The position numbers and the translations under genes are program-made. The notes below the pieces were generated by a model that saw only the letters and a program-made list of their open reading frames with translations, made no database searches and was not told the origin of the DNA. From the NCBI GenBank assembly GCA_041694815.1, contig JBGFSC010000016.1, positions 1-57,238 of the forward strand: a stretch of 57,238 bases of DNA, in the 5' to 3' direction. The stretch comes from Elusimicrobiota bacterium. GTDB lineage: Bacteria > Elusimicrobiota > Elusimicrobia > UBA1565 > JACRDR01. Shown piece by piece: positions 36,472 through 46,529 of this stretch; the first letter of the stretch is position 1, and each line of letters begins with the position of its first letter.

Positions 36472-36633
36472 ATGAGATGGCGTTTGAGTCGAGGGCAGGC
36501 GTTGGTCGAGTACCTGCTGATGACGTTGATGCTCTTGTTCTTGTTCACGGGACTCTACCGGGTCTTGATGGGGCAGGTCAAGGAACGGATGTTTCGGCCG
36601 GCTGGGATGGCGATCCTGCGGCCATATTACTGA
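36472..36633 (+). CDS. Small Flp-like prepilin (53 aa; absent from the ORF track)
   Basis: MRWRLSRG|QALVEYLLMTLMLLFLF...; GGAGG RBS. Confidence 0.8.
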   Translation: MRWRLSRGQALVEYLLMTLMLLFLFTGLYRVLMGQVKERMFRPAGMAILRPYY

Positions 36634-36651
36634 CGCACATAAGGAGGAAGC

Positions 36652-36846
36652 ATGCTGCAGCGAGTCAGGAAGTGGACGGGCAACCGTCGGGGACAGAACA
36701 CCGTGGAATACCTCATGATGTTGGCGGTGATCGTGGGCGTCATCTTGGTCGTCGGCAAGCTTTTCAAGCCGCAGATCAGCAACGTATTCAACCAGATCAT
36801 GGGCATGGTTTCCGGAGCCGCTCAGGGCGTGGCCTCGGGCAACTAA
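36652..36846 (+). CDS. flp: Flp family pilin (probable major subunit)
   Basis: RRG|QNTVEYLMMLAVIV...F; strong AAGGAGG RBS. Confidence 0.88.
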   Translation: MLQRVRKWTGNRRGQNTVEYLMMLAVIVGVILVVGKLFKPQISNVFNQIMGMVSGAAQGVASGN

Positions 36847-36860
36847 AGCCGACATGGCGC

Positions 36861-37310
36861 ATGCGCTCGCGGGGCCAGGTGGTCGTGGAGGTCCTATTAA
36901 TCCTCCCTGTTTTCTTGATGATCGTCTTCACCATCATGGAAATCGGCCACCTCGCCTTTCGGGCGATCCTCCTCCATCACGCCGCCTATGAGGTGGCCCG
37001 CTTTGGGTCCCTGACCAGCGAGGCAAAAGCCGATCTCGGCTGCTCCCGACCCCGGCCGCGGGAGGCCGAGATGCGTCGGCTGGCCACGCGCATATTGCCC
37101 ACCGTTCGGATGGACGTGGAGATGGTCCAAGTCGCGTACGGGACCGACCCCCAAAGCGGCTGCCAAAATTTCGACCTCAAAGTAACCCTAAGGCAATCGG
37201 TGCCGATGATCTTCCCGTTGACCGGCCTTTTCTTGGCTGATCGCGGGGCGCGCGGCCGCACGTTGGTCGCCACGGTGCCGATGCCGATCGAGAGGCCGCT
37301 GTTCAAATAA
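36861..37310 (+). CDS. TadE-like pseudopilin
   Basis: RG|QVVVEVLLILPVFL...HAAYEVARFG. Confidence 0.85.
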   Translation: MRSRGQVVVEVLLILPVFLMIVFTIMEIGHLAFRAILLHHAAYEVARFGSLTSEAKADLGCSRPRPREAEMRRLATRILPTVRMDVEMVQVAYGTDPQSGCQNFDLKVTLRQSVPMIFPLTGLFLADRGARGRTLVATVPMPIERPLFK

Positions 37311-37311
37311 C

Positions 37312-38067
37312 ATGGAAAAGAAAGGCGCCTTGATCCCCATGCTTCTGGCCCTCGGGGCCGCGACATTGTACATGCTGGTGCTCACCAGCCGGGAGAACGC
37401 GTTGAATAAGGCCTATGAGCCGGCCAACGTGCTCGTCGCCAAAGTAGATATCCCTGAAAGGACCGCCCTCAAGGAAGAGCTGGTCGAACCGGTCTCCATC
37501 CCGCGCAAATACATGGCCCAAGACGGTTTCGAGGTGAAGACGCCCTCCGATATCAAGCTCGTGGCCAATCTGGTGACGCGGGTTCGTATACCGAGGGGCA
37601 ACCAGATCACCCAGTCCTCGCTCGTGTCGCTGTCGCCCGAGGCCGGGCTCAGCGTGAAGATCCCGCCCGGCTACCGAGGAACGATATTGCCCATCGACAG
37701 CGACATGCAGAAGCTCGTCAAGCCGGGGGACCGCGTCGACATACTGGTCACCTTCGACGCGCGGATGCAGGACGGTAGCAAGGAGAAAGTCACCGCGACG
37801 ATCCTCCAGAACGTCCTGGTCTTGGGCGTCGGGAGCAACCTGGGGCAGGGGCTCACGGCCAAGCAGCTCAAGGACAAGCTGGGCGCCGAGCAGCAGGCGG
37901 CCGCCTTCTCCGAGAAGGGGCTTCTCAGCCTGGCCTTAAATCCCAACGAGGCCCAGTATCTGGCCTTGGCGCAGAAGCAGGGCGAAACGACGGTGGTCAT
38001 GCGCGGGTTGGGCGATGTCGAGATGCACCCGATGGAAATGGCCAGCTTTAGGAGATTATTCCGCTGA
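37312..38067 (+). CDS. cpaB: Flp pilus assembly protein CpaB/RcpC
   Basis: N-terminal TM, SAF domain (VLVAKVDIP), IPPGYRG, VKPGDRVDIL, ILQNVLVL. Confidence 0.88.
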   Translation: MEKKGALIPMLLALGAATLYMLVLTSRENALNKAYEPANVLVAKVDIPERTALKEELVEPVSIPRKYMAQDGFEVKTPSDIKLVANLVTRVRIPRGNQITQSSLVSLSPEAGLSVKIPPGYRGTILPIDSDMQKLVKPGDRVDILVTFDARMQDGSKEKVTATILQNVLVLGVGSNLGQGLTAKQLKDKLGAEQQAAAFSEKGLLSLALNPNEAQYLALAQKQGETTVVMRGLGDVEMHPMEMASFRRLFR

Positions 38068-38858
38068 TGATTAAAATAGCGGCGCTGCTTCTTTGGCTGC
38101 CCTGGCCCGCCCTAGGGCAGTTCGGCCCGCCGGGGCCTTTCCAGCCCCCGGGAGGGGGCGGTGGCGGCGGCGCGCCGGTGAGCGATTCCAACGAGATGAT
38201 CGCCGTCAGCGCCGATATCGTCGAGATCAGCGGCTCCAACCAGAAGGACGCCGGGTTCAACTGGGGGCCGTTCACGACGGGGATCCAATTCGCGGAAAAG
38301 GCGATCCCCGGGATCATCAAGCTCGGGGACTTCGACCGTATGACGGCTCTGCAGACGACGCTCAAGATGCTGGAAACGGAAGGCAAGGCGCAGCTCTTGT
38401 CGAATCCCAAGGTGATCACCAAGTCGGGGACGCAGGCCAATTTCCTGGTCGGTGGCGACCAGCCGTACCCGGTGACGAATGTCCAGGGCGTCGGCGTGGA
38501 ATTTAAAAAGTACGGCGTGAGCCTTGATATTCTGCCCGCGGTCAATCCCAACAAGAAGGATTCGATCGACGCGCAAGTGAAGCTGGAGGTGTCGAACCCG
38601 GACTTTTCGAAGCCGGTCGTCGTGGGCAATACCTCGGTGCCGGCCCTCAATACCCGGCAGGTGCTCACCGAGGTGGAAATGAAGAGCGGGGAGACCTTGG
38701 TCATCGGCGGCCTCAAGTCGAGCTCCAAGAGCATCTCCAAATCGCGCGTCCCCGTTCTCGGCCGTATTCCCTTGCTGGGCATGCTGTTCACGCAGTCGAG
38801 CGTAATCGAGGAGCAAAAGTCCCTGTTCCTGTTCTTGACGTTCGAGATCGTGCGTTAG
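38067..38858 (+). CDS. Minimal secretin (CpaC/RcpA-like)
   Basis: LETEGKAQLLSNP, GTQANFLVGG, EFKKYGV.L, SGETLVIGGL, VPVLGRIPLLG.LF. Confidence 0.82.
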   Translation: MIKIAALLLWLPWPALGQFGPPGPFQPPGGGGGGGAPVSDSNEMIAVSADIVEISGSNQKDAGFNWGPFTTGIQFAEKAIPGIIKLGDFDRMTALQTTLKMLETEGKAQLLSNPKVITKSGTQANFLVGGDQPYPVTNVQGVGVEFKKYGVSLDILPAVNPNKKDSIDAQVKLEVSNPDFSKPVVVGNTSVPALNTRQVLTEVEMKSGETLVIGGLKSSSKSISKSRVPVLGRIPLLGMLFTQSSVIEEQKSLFLFLTFEIVR

Positions 38859-38864
38859 GTTTTT

Positions 38865-41192
38865 ATGGCAGACACGCCCGAGACGCATTCCTTTGGCGAC
38901 GGCCCTGGAATCGCGCCGATCAAGGTCGCCAAGGCGGTAGTCGACGCGGGCAAGGCGCCGGTCCCGGCCGCCCGCCTCCAGACGCCGACGACCCATCGCC
39001 CGTCGGGACGGGTCGTCGTGTTTTCGGGCCCCAAGGAAGGGGTCGGCAAGACCACCGCCTGCGTCAATCTCGCCCTGGCCTGGGCCGGCGCCCAAAGCCG
39101 CAACGTGCTCATCGTCCATCTGGACCCGATGTGCCGGCAGGATATCAGCTACCTGCTCGGCGTCCAGCCGCCGTCCTTGGCATCCTTGTCCGAGATCGTG
39201 GGCAAGGAAGAGGCGGCCGTGCGCGCCAAGCTGCTCAAGGGCCGCATCCCGATATCGCCCTGGGGGGTGGGCGTGCTGCCCTTGGGGGACAAGCGCTCCT
39301 CCGCGCTGGGGGTCGCTCCGGACGTGGTGGCCTCGATCCTCTCGGCCCTGTCGCAGTCCTACGACCTATTCCTGGACGTGGACCCCTTTTTCCCGATGCA
39401 GATATTCGCCTTCGACCTCGCCGATTTGGTCTTTTGGATGACCCTGCCCCAGCGTTCCCATTTCGAGGCGACCTTCCACCTGTTCCAGGATTTGAAGGAG
39501 CTCCATTTCCCACTCGAGCGTTTCGAGGTCGTGGTCAATTGCGCCAACCTTCCAGGTGCCCTGGCCTACGCCGAGGTGGAGAAGTTCTTCGGGAAGCTCG
39601 ATAAGAAGGTCCTGGCCCAGATGCCCTGGGAGGACCTGCTGCCGGAGTACGCGAATACGGGCCGGGTGCTGGTGGCCGAGCAGCCGCACGCCGAGTGGGC
39701 CAAGGCCCTTAAGCCCTTACTCGCCTGCGTCCGCGACCTCAAGCTCGTCCCCAAGACCTGGTCGACGCCCGTGGTGGGCGCGGCGGAGTTCGCCGGCGCC
39801 GCCGACATGCTGTGGCGCCCGCGGGAGTCCGGCGCGCCGAGCCAATCCGCGATACGGGTGATGCCCAAGCCCGGCGCCTCGCAGGTTCCTTTTTGGGATG
39901 AACTCAAGGGAAAAATACACAAGAACGTGGTCGCCGCGATGGAGACGGAGCATATTCGGATCAACGAATCCCCGGAGGCGAACCGCGACCTGAGGGTCAA
40001 GGTCGGCCAGATCGTCGAGAACCTGCTCCAGAAAGAGGGCAGCCTGCAGCTCTCGCGGGACCAGAGGGGCCAGTTCGTCGGCGAGCTCGTCGACGAGATA
40101 TTGGGGCTGGGTCCGCTGGAGGAGCTCATGCGCGACCCGACCGTCAACGAGATCATGGTCAACGCGCCGGACAAGGTTTACATCGAGCGGGCCGGAAAGC
40201 TGGTGCTGACCCCCCTGCGTTTTAGGGATGACGAGCAGATCATCAACGTCATCAAGCGCATCGTCGCGCCGATCGGCCGGCGCATCGACGAGTCGGTACC
40301 CTTGGTCGACGCGCGGCTCAAGGACGGATCTAGGGTCAACGCGATCATTGCCCCGCTGGCCGTCTCGGGTCCGACGCTCACCGTCCGTCGCTTTTCCGCC
40401 AAGCCCTTCGGCCCCAAGGACCTCATCGCCAAGGGGACCATCACCCCCGAGATCATCGAGTTCCTGCAGAACTGCGTCAAGCTGCGCAAGAACATCATCA
40501 TCTCGGGAGGCACCGGCACGGGCAAGACGACGTTCTTGAACATGCTTTCCAACTACATTCCCGAGGACGAGCGTATCATCACCGTCGAGGATACGGCGGA
40601 GCTCAAGCTCCAGCAGGAGCATTGGGTGCGATTGGAGAGCCGCCCGCCCAATATCGAGGGAAAGGGGGAGATCACGATCCGCGATCTGGTCAAGAACTGC
40701 CTCCGGATGAGGCCGGACCGCATCGTCGTGGGCGAGTGCCGCGGGGCCGAGGCCTTGGACATGCTTCAGGCCATGAACACCGGCCACGAGGGTTCCCTGG
40801 CCACGATCCACGCCAACACCCCCCGCGACGCCCTCTCGAGGCTCTCGGCGATGTGCTTGATGGCAGGCACGGAGCTCCCGATGCACGTCCTGCGCGAGAT
40901 GATCTCCTCGGCGGTCCACCTCTTCGTGCAGATCACGCGATTTGCGGACGGCACGCGCAAGGTAACCTACGTCACGGAGGTGACGGGCAAAGACGAGAAT
41001 ACGATCTTGACCCAGGATATCTTCCGTTTCGTGCAGACCTCCACCGACGAAAGCGGCCGGACCATAGGGTACTTCACGGCCTGCGGCGTGCCGCCTAAAT
41101 TCTACGAGGAGTTCAAGCATAAGGGCTTGAACGTCGCCCTTGAGACCTTTTGGACCAAGGAGCAGAAGGAGGGGCGTTCGACGAGCCGATGA
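38865..41192 (+). CDS. CpaE/TadZ-like + CpaF/TadA ATPase fusion
   Basis: N-terminal KEGVGKTT MinD/ParA-like domain; C-terminal [43 protein letters not shown]. Confidence 0.9.
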   Translation: MADTPETHSFGDGPGIAPIKVAKAVVDAGKAPVPAARLQTPTTHRPSGRVVVFSGPKEGVGKTTACVNLALAWAGAQSRNVLIVHLDPMCRQDISYLLGVQPPSLASLSEIVGKEEAAVRAKLLKGRIPISPWGVGVLPLGDKRSSALGVAPDVVASILSALSQSYDLFLDVDPFFPMQIFAFDLADLVFWMTLPQRSHFEATFHLFQDLKELHFPLERFEVVVNCANLPGALAYAEVEKFFGKLDKKVLAQMPWEDLLPEYANTGRVLVAEQPHAEWAKALKPLLACVRDLKLVPKTWSTPVVGAAEFAGAADMLWRPRESGAPSQSAIRVMPKPGASQVPFWDELKGKIHKNVVAAMETEHIRINESPEANRDLRVKVGQIVENLLQKEGSLQLSRDQRGQFVGELVDEILGLGPLEELMRDPTVNEIMVNAPDKVYIERAGKLVLTPLRFRDDEQIINVIKRIVAPIGRRIDESVPLVDARLKDGSRVNAIIAPLAVSGPTLTVRRFSAKPFGPKDLIAKGTITPEIIEFLQNCVKLRKNIIISGGTGTGKTTFLNMLSNYIPEDERIITVEDTAELKLQQEHWVRLESRPPNIEGKGEITIRDLVKNCLRMRPDRIVVGECRGAEALDMLQAMNTGHEGSLATIHANTPRDALSRLSAMCLMAGTELPMHVLREMISSAVHLFVQITRFADGTRKVTYVTEVTGKDENTILTQDIFRFVQTSTDESGRTIGYFTACGVPPKFYEEFKHKGLNVALETFWTKEQKEGRSTSR

Positions 41193-42694
41193 GAGCCTGG
41201 CCGCTCGTCGTGTTCCTGCTGCTTTCCGCGGCCGCGGGCGAGGCGGCTTTCACCCGCGAGCAGATCAAGCTCCTCGCCGACCAGCAGAACGGCGCCGAGG
41301 CGCGCTCCCAGTACTTCTACCACTATTTCAAGCGGGACCGCGACCCCAACCTGAAGCCTCCCCCCTGGATCGACGAGGTCTTGGGCGCGATGACCCAGCA
41401 CGCGGTCTGGCAGGACCCCGAGGAGGGCGTGCTTAACGAGGCGCAGCTCTGGCAGGCCCCGGCCGCCGTGCTCTACGAGTTCTTCCAGCATACGCGCAAA
41501 ACCTACCCTCCCGAGTTCGGCGGGGTCTACGCCCAGCCGGCGCATCTTATCGCCGATTACGAGGACGCCCGGACCCGCTTTCAGATGGCCTTAGACCGGC
41601 TCTACCGGGCCCGACTTGGCGACTCATTGGGCGGCAGGGGGCGCTCCCTCATCGCGACCTTCGATTTGACGCTCAAGCAGATGGACGCCCTGCTCGACGC
41701 CCTGGCCAACCAGGACGGCAAGACGTATATCGAATGCGTCATGGCCATCGGGCGCTTGACCGAGAGCGCCTACCAGATACTTCACTCCTCGCCCCGCGGC
41801 TATGCCCCCCCGGAGCCCACGAGCCCCAAGGGAAACGCGGCCCCGATGCTGCTCAAGATCGGAGGAATGCTGCTCGCCTTCGCCGCCTTCTGGGCTCTCG
41901 GCGCGATCAACGCGGACAAGATATCCAAAGGGATCGACGAGTACTGGCAGCGCAGCCGCCATTGGGCGCAGGAATTCAACCGCCAATTCTTGCAAGTGAA
42001 GGTGCAGTACCTGGTGTTCGGGCCGGTGGTGCTGGGCGTACTGATGGGCGCCTTGACCTTGGACCCGTTCGGATTCGTCATCCTTAGCTCGGTGGGGATT
42101 TATATCGGCCTCCAGTTCCCCAATTGGGCGCTCAACTTCGTGCGGCAGCGCCGGGGCAAGCGGGTGGAGGCGCAGCTCATGGACGCGATGATCCTGCTGT
42201 CCAACTCGCTTAAATCGGGACTGGCCATCGAGCAGGGCTTCGAACTGGTCTCCCGGGACCTGGTGCCGCCGATCTCCGAGGAATTCGGCCTCGTGGTGAA
42301 GAATTACGGCTTGGGCACGACGTTCGAGCGCGCGTTGGAGGGCATGGAGGAGCGCGTGGCCAGCCGCCTGCTGTCCTACATGATCAAGGCCATCATCATC
42401 CAACGCACGGTCGGAGGAAATCTGACCAAGATCTTCGACCGCATCGTGGAGAACATACGGGAAGAGGGAAAGCTAGAGGAGAAGATGCAGACCTTGACCG
42501 CCCAGCAGCGCATCCAATCGGTGGTCGTCGGCATCATGCCTTGGGGCATGGTCATCCTGATGTCGATATTCCAGCCGGATACCATGGCCAAATATTATTT
42601 CTCTCCCCTTGGCCTTTTGACGATCGTTTTCTGCGTCATCTGGATGTCCATCGGCATGGGGGTCGTCCGCAAGCTGGCGGACGTGCGCGTATGA
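41189..42694 (+). CDS. tadB: TadB-like platform protein with a large N-terminal exported domain
   Basis: C-terminal QLMDA..LLSNSLKSG, PPISEEF, GGNL T2SSF domain; N-terminal signal peptide plus about 200-aa helical domain. Confidence 0.8.
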   Translation: MRAWPLVVFLLLSAAAGEAAFTREQIKLLADQQNGAEARSQYFYHYFKRDRDPNLKPPPWIDEVLGAMTQHAVWQDPEEGVLNEAQLWQAPAAVLYEFFQHTRKTYPPEFGGVYAQPAHLIADYEDARTRFQMALDRLYRARLGDSLGGRGRSLIATFDLTLKQMDALLDALANQDGKTYIECVMAIGRLTESAYQILHSSPRGYAPPEPTSPKGNAAPMLLKIGGMLLAFAAFWALGAINADKISKGIDEYWQRSRHWAQEFNRQFLQVKVQYLVFGPVVLGVLMGALTLDPFGFVILSSVGIYIGLQFPNWALNFVRQRRGKRVEAQLMDAMILLSNSLKSGLAIEQGFELVSRDLVPPISEEFGLVVKNYGLGTTFERALEGMEERVASRLLSYMIKAIIIQRTVGGNLTKIFDRIVENIREEGKLEEKMQTLTAQQRIQSVVVGIMPWGMVILMSIFQPDTMAKYYFSPLGLLTIVFCVIWMSIGMGVVRKLADVRV

Positions 42695-43575
42695 TGGCTC
42701 ATTACGCGCTGTTGGCCCTCGCGATATTGGGATCGATGGCCGCCTTCACGGCCATCCAGCGGCTCCTAGTCGGCCCGGCCGGGGAAGCATCGGCCTTGGC
42801 ACAGCTCACCGCCAAGCAGCCCGGGGCCGTGTCGGCCTTCGACAGGATCAATCCCTCGGGAACGCTCATAGAGCGCGTCGACTTCTTCTTCGTCCACAAC
42901 CTCGGCTTCGACCGCAAGCTTTCCGAGCTGCACATGCTGCTGGGGGCGCCGGCCGCACCCTCGCCCTTGAACATCCTGCACATGAAAGAGCTTTGCGGGG
43001 CCGTGATCCCGCTGTTCGTATGGTACCTGGCGGAGACTCCCTGGGCCCTGGCGCTGTCGCCCGTCTGTTTCATGATGCCCGACATGTACTTCAAGGGCAA
43101 GATCCAGGAGCGGCAGCAGAATATCCTCCGCAATTTTCCCGCGCTCGTGGACCTGGCGGCCCTGACCATCGAGTCCGGGCTCGATTACATGAACGCCTTC
43201 GATCGCATCATCAAGTCGGCCAAGAAGAAGAGCGAGCTCGAGATCGAGTTCGAGAAGACGATCTCCGAGGTGCAGCTCGGCTATTCCCGCCGCGACGCCT
43301 TGCGGCGCATGGCGATGCGCACCGGCCTCCAGGAGATACGGTCCTTCGTGGGGCTCATCATCCAGTCCGACGAGCTGGGAACGAGCCTCGTCGACCTCCT
43401 GCGAAGCTTCGGCCAGGACATGCGCTTTAGGCGCATGAACCGCGCCGAGAAGCTGGCGGCCCAGGCGGCCACCAAGATGCTGATCCCGATATTCCTGTTC
43501 ATCTTCCCGACCGTATTCATCCTGATGCTGGCGCCGATGATGATGAACCTATTCCAAGGAGGCCTGGGATTCTGA
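42691..43575 (+). CDS. tadC: TadC-like platform protein
   Basis: FP..VDL....ESGL, G.SRRDAL, QSDELGTS, RAEKLA...KMLIP. Confidence 0.88.
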   Translation: MMAHYALLALAILGSMAAFTAIQRLLVGPAGEASALAQLTAKQPGAVSAFDRINPSGTLIERVDFFFVHNLGFDRKLSELHMLLGAPAAPSPLNILHMKELCGAVIPLFVWYLAETPWALALSPVCFMMPDMYFKGKIQERQQNILRNFPALVDLAALTIESGLDYMNAFDRIIKSAKKKSELEIEFEKTISEVQLGYSRRDALRRMAMRTGLQEIRSFVGLIIQSDELGTSLVDLLRSFGQDMRFRRMNRAEKLAAQAATKMLIPIFLFIFPTVFILMLAPMMMNLFQGGLGF

Positions 43576-44903
43576 TGGTGTCGAGGGGATTTGGAGTGCT
43601 GCTAGCGCTGGCGGGGTCCGCGTGGGCCGTCCCGAACCCCCGCGTGGACACGGAGTCCCTCTTCTTGGACATGTCCAAGATCAACCTGGGCCGGCTGCGG
43701 ACCGAAGAGGAGAAAAGGCAGTACCTTAAGACCATACAATTGGAGAAGGCGCGCATCACCCGCAAGACGCTGCGGGCGGTCTACGACAACGCCTACGACC
43801 TCTACAAGGACGGCGATTACGAGGGGACCAAGGAATTGACCGGCAAGATACTGTCCATCGACCCGGCGTTCCAGGACGCGGCGATGCTGCAGCGCGCCTC
43901 AGCCGAGCTCAAGGGTTCTAAGCACCGCGTGTTCTCCGAGCGCAAGCTCGTCGACGACAAGCTCCAGGAAGGCATGGCGCTCTACCGCCAAGGCCGGGTC
44001 GTCGAGGCCGCGCAGCGCTGGGAGGAAGCCACGAAGCTGGCCCCTGCCAACCTCCGCGCGCGTTATTGGCTTAAGAAGGCCCGTAACGAGATCGCCGACG
44101 AGCATTTCCGAAGGGGCCAGAAGGCCTACCGGCAGCGCCGCCTGCGCGACGCCCTGGACCAGTGGTACGCCGCCCTCCTGCTCAACCCCCGCTATCCCCG
44201 GCTCGTCGGCGCCATCGCGAAGGCGGAGTCCGAGCTGCGGGAGGCCGAAGGAAACGAGAAATTGCAGGCGGCCCTCGCCCTCTACTCGCAGGGGCGCAGC
44301 GAGGAGTGCCTCAAGGCGCTGGGGGAGGTCTTGGAGCTGTCCCCGGGTGACGCCCGCGCGCAGAAGCTCATCGCCGAGATCCGCTTGGAGATAGCCAACG
44401 GGCACATCGCCGAGGGCCGCAAGCTCTACCTGGCGCGCAAGTATCTGGACGCCATCGCGCAGTGGAAGAAGGCCGTGACCTACGGCTATGATTCCCGCTC
44501 GGCCGACCAATTGATCGGCCGGGCGAGGGAGCAGATGCGCCGCGAGGCGGAGGCCAAACGGTTGGCGGAGGAGTTGGCGAAACAGCGAGCCGAGGAGGCC
44601 AAGCGGCGCCAGGAGGAGGAAGCGCGCCGGCAGGAGGAGGACCGCCGCAAGGCGGAGGAGGAGGCCAAGAAGGCAATGGAAACCCCGGGCGCGGCGGGTG
44701 CCGGGGCGTCGTTGGGCGGCACCGTCACCGAACAAGGCAAGCGCAGCGCCGTGACGCATTGGAATAACGGGATGATCTATTTCTCGAAGGGCGATTACGA
44801 GAAGGCACGCGACGAGTGGACGCTGTGCCGGCAGCTCGACCCCACCAACGTCGACTGCGATACGGGGCTCAAGCGGATCGATCAACAATACGGCGGGCCA
44901 TGA
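43575..44903 (+). CDS. Exported TPR-repeat protein (TadD-like position)
   Basis: Signal peptide, multiple TPR-like helical pairs, charged EEARR helix. Confidence 0.75.
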   Translation: MVSRGFGVLLALAGSAWAVPNPRVDTESLFLDMSKINLGRLRTEEEKRQYLKTIQLEKARITRKTLRAVYDNAYDLYKDGDYEGTKELTGKILSIDPAFQDAAMLQRASAELKGSKHRVFSERKLVDDKLQEGMALYRQGRVVEAAQRWEEATKLAPANLRARYWLKKARNEIADEHFRRGQKAYRQRRLRDALDQWYAALLLNPRYPRLVGAIAKAESELREAEGNEKLQAALALYSQGRSEECLKALGEVLELSPGDARAQKLIAEIRLEIANGHIAEGRKLYLARKYLDAIAQWKKAVTYGYDSRSADQLIGRAREQMRREAEAKRLAEELAKQRAEEAKRRQEEEARRQEEDRRKAEEEAKKAMETPGAAGAGASLGGTVTEQGKRSAVTHWNNGMIYFSKGDYEKARDEWTLCRQLDPTNVDCDTGLKRIDQQYGGP

Positions 44904-46024
44904 GGCTCGAGGCGAAGTGGTTCTTGTGGTATATCGGCATCGGCGTGTACGTGATGCTGCTGGGGGCCCTCTTCTATTACAACCTGTTCAAGTGGACCTT
45001 CGACGAGAAGCTCAAGCAGGAGTCCATCGACATGGTCCGGGTCTACGCGCCCACGCTCATTAAGGGCCTCTACAAGAGCCAGCAGGTGATCAGCTTCGAG
45101 GAGTACGACATCCTCACCAAGGGCATCGCGGCCGATGAGCGGGTCGCCTGGCTCGTCTATTTGAACCGTTTCGGGGAGGTGCGCTGGTTCAAGGATCCGG
45201 AGCTCATCGGCAAGCCCTTCGACGAGTTCCTCAAGCGTCAGCCGGTGCCGACGGACGCCATCGAGCGGGCTCACGAGGGAAAGGCCCCCAAGGTGCGCGC
45301 GGTGCCGAACCAGCCTTTCTACGAGGTCGCCATACCCTTGGCGGTGCGCGGCGAGGTGCTGGGCATCGTCGACATGCAGGTATCTAGGCAGGATGCCGGG
45401 CGCCTGATCAGCCAGGCGATGATGAAATACGCCTTTGGCGCCATCGGCGTGCTCTTCCTAATAGGGATTCCCTTGTACATCTTTATGCACCATTTCATCG
45501 TCAACCCCTTGCTGCACTTGCGCGACGCCATCGAGGCCATCTCCTTCAAGAACCTGGAGCTCAAATTCCAGGCGCGCCAGGACGAGATCGGCGAGGTCGC
45601 CGGCGTATTGGAAATATTCCTCCGCAAGGTCAAGATGGAGCTGGCCAACGTCCAGGTGAAGGAAAAGCAACGCGGGGCGGCCGAGCAGCGTTGGTGGCAG
45701 TCCATCCTGCAGGCCGTGGTCTCGCCCCAACACCACGCGATCGTCGTCGACGAGGACAACACCGTCCTCTACACCAATTTCCCCGTGCCGACCCTGGCCG
45801 ACCCCGCGGCCAAGCTGCACCTGCTAGACGTGGTCGACAACCAGCAGCAGGACGTGCTCCGTTTGGTCGGCGTCGCCCTGGATCGTCCCAACCAGGTGGT
45901 CGAGACCGACACTTTCTTCCGCCAGCAGGCCTGCCATGTGCGGGCCGTCCATCTCGAGGAGGAGGGCGAGCTGCGGCGGACCCTGATTCTCTTCGAGCCG
46001 CGGAAAACCGCCAGCTTGCGTTAG
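44900..46024 (+). CDS. Membrane sensor-like protein (TM-periplasmic-TM-HAMP-PAS-like), no output domain
   Basis: Two TMs, NPL...QDEIGEV HAMP, C-terminal IVVDEDN.VLYTN PAS-like start. Confidence 0.7.
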   Translation: MRLEAKWFLWYIGIGVYVMLLGALFYYNLFKWTFDEKLKQESIDMVRVYAPTLIKGLYKSQQVISFEEYDILTKGIAADERVAWLVYLNRFGEVRWFKDPELIGKPFDEFLKRQPVPTDAIERAHEGKAPKVRAVPNQPFYEVAIPLAVRGEVLGIVDMQVSRQDAGRLISQAMMKYAFGAIGVLFLIGIPLYIFMHHFIVNPLLHLRDAIEAISFKNLELKFQARQDEIGEVAGVLEIFLRKVKMELANVQVKEKQRGAAEQRWWQSILQAVVSPQHHAIVVDEDNTVLYTNFPVPTLADPAAKLHLLDVVDNQQQDVLRLVGVALDRPNQVVETDTFFRQQACHVRAVHLEEEGELRRTLILFEPRKTASLR

Positions 46025-46102
46025 TGGGCGATTATTGCTATTTATTGCAGTAGTGCGACAGGAAAGTCGCTGGCCGGTGACTGCGCGCACGAGGGGGAGA
46101 CC

Positions 46103-46525
46103 ATGAGCTATCAGGTCCGCCGGATAGACCCTTATTGGCATGCCCATCCCGTCGTACCGGTTCTCGTCGTCGTCGGCGCGGCGATAGGCGTCGTGGGCTA
46201 CCAATCCCAGCAATGGGCCTTGACCTCGGCGGGGCTCTTGCTGGCCGCCGCCTCCGTCGTTTTCGCCACCAAGCTCGTCGTTTCCGCGGTGCTGGGGACT
46301 CTGGGGCTGCTGGGGGGGGTGGCCACCTTCATCCTCTGGCCCAACGTGCAGATGGCCGGGGCTTCCCTCCTCATGAAGGCCGTCGCGGCCGTGCTGTTCG
46401 GCCTGGCGTATATGGTCTGCATGGACGCGCTGGTCCTGACGATCGCCCTCCTTTATAATCTTTACTCAACGGCCCTGCCTGGATTGGCCCTCGAATTCGA
46501 GGAAGGTCCCTCCGAGGGCGCTTGA
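46103..46525 (+). CDS. Small membrane protein (DUF3566-like)
   Basis: VRRIDP...LLYNL...GL.LE pattern; hydrophobic; GAGGGGG RBS. Confidence 0.55.
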   Translation: MSYQVRRIDPYWHAHPVVPVLVVVGAAIGVVGYQSQQWALTSAGLLLAAASVVFATKLVVSAVLGTLGLLGGVATFILWPNVQMAGASLLMKAVAAVLFGLAYMVCMDALVLTIALLYNLYSTALPGLALEFEEGPSEGA

Positions 46526-46529
46526 ACCG

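Noticed and set aside
35880..37310. 476-aa ORF as one gene
   Set aside because: Only the last 149 codons (from ATG 36861) look like TadE. The rest overlaps the PorV-like and pilin genes in other frames.
39717..41120. Long antisense ORFs (also 30055-31254, 43899-44888, 48023-49105)
   Set aside because: Typical shadow frames of high-GC3 genes, fully antisense to well-supported CDS.
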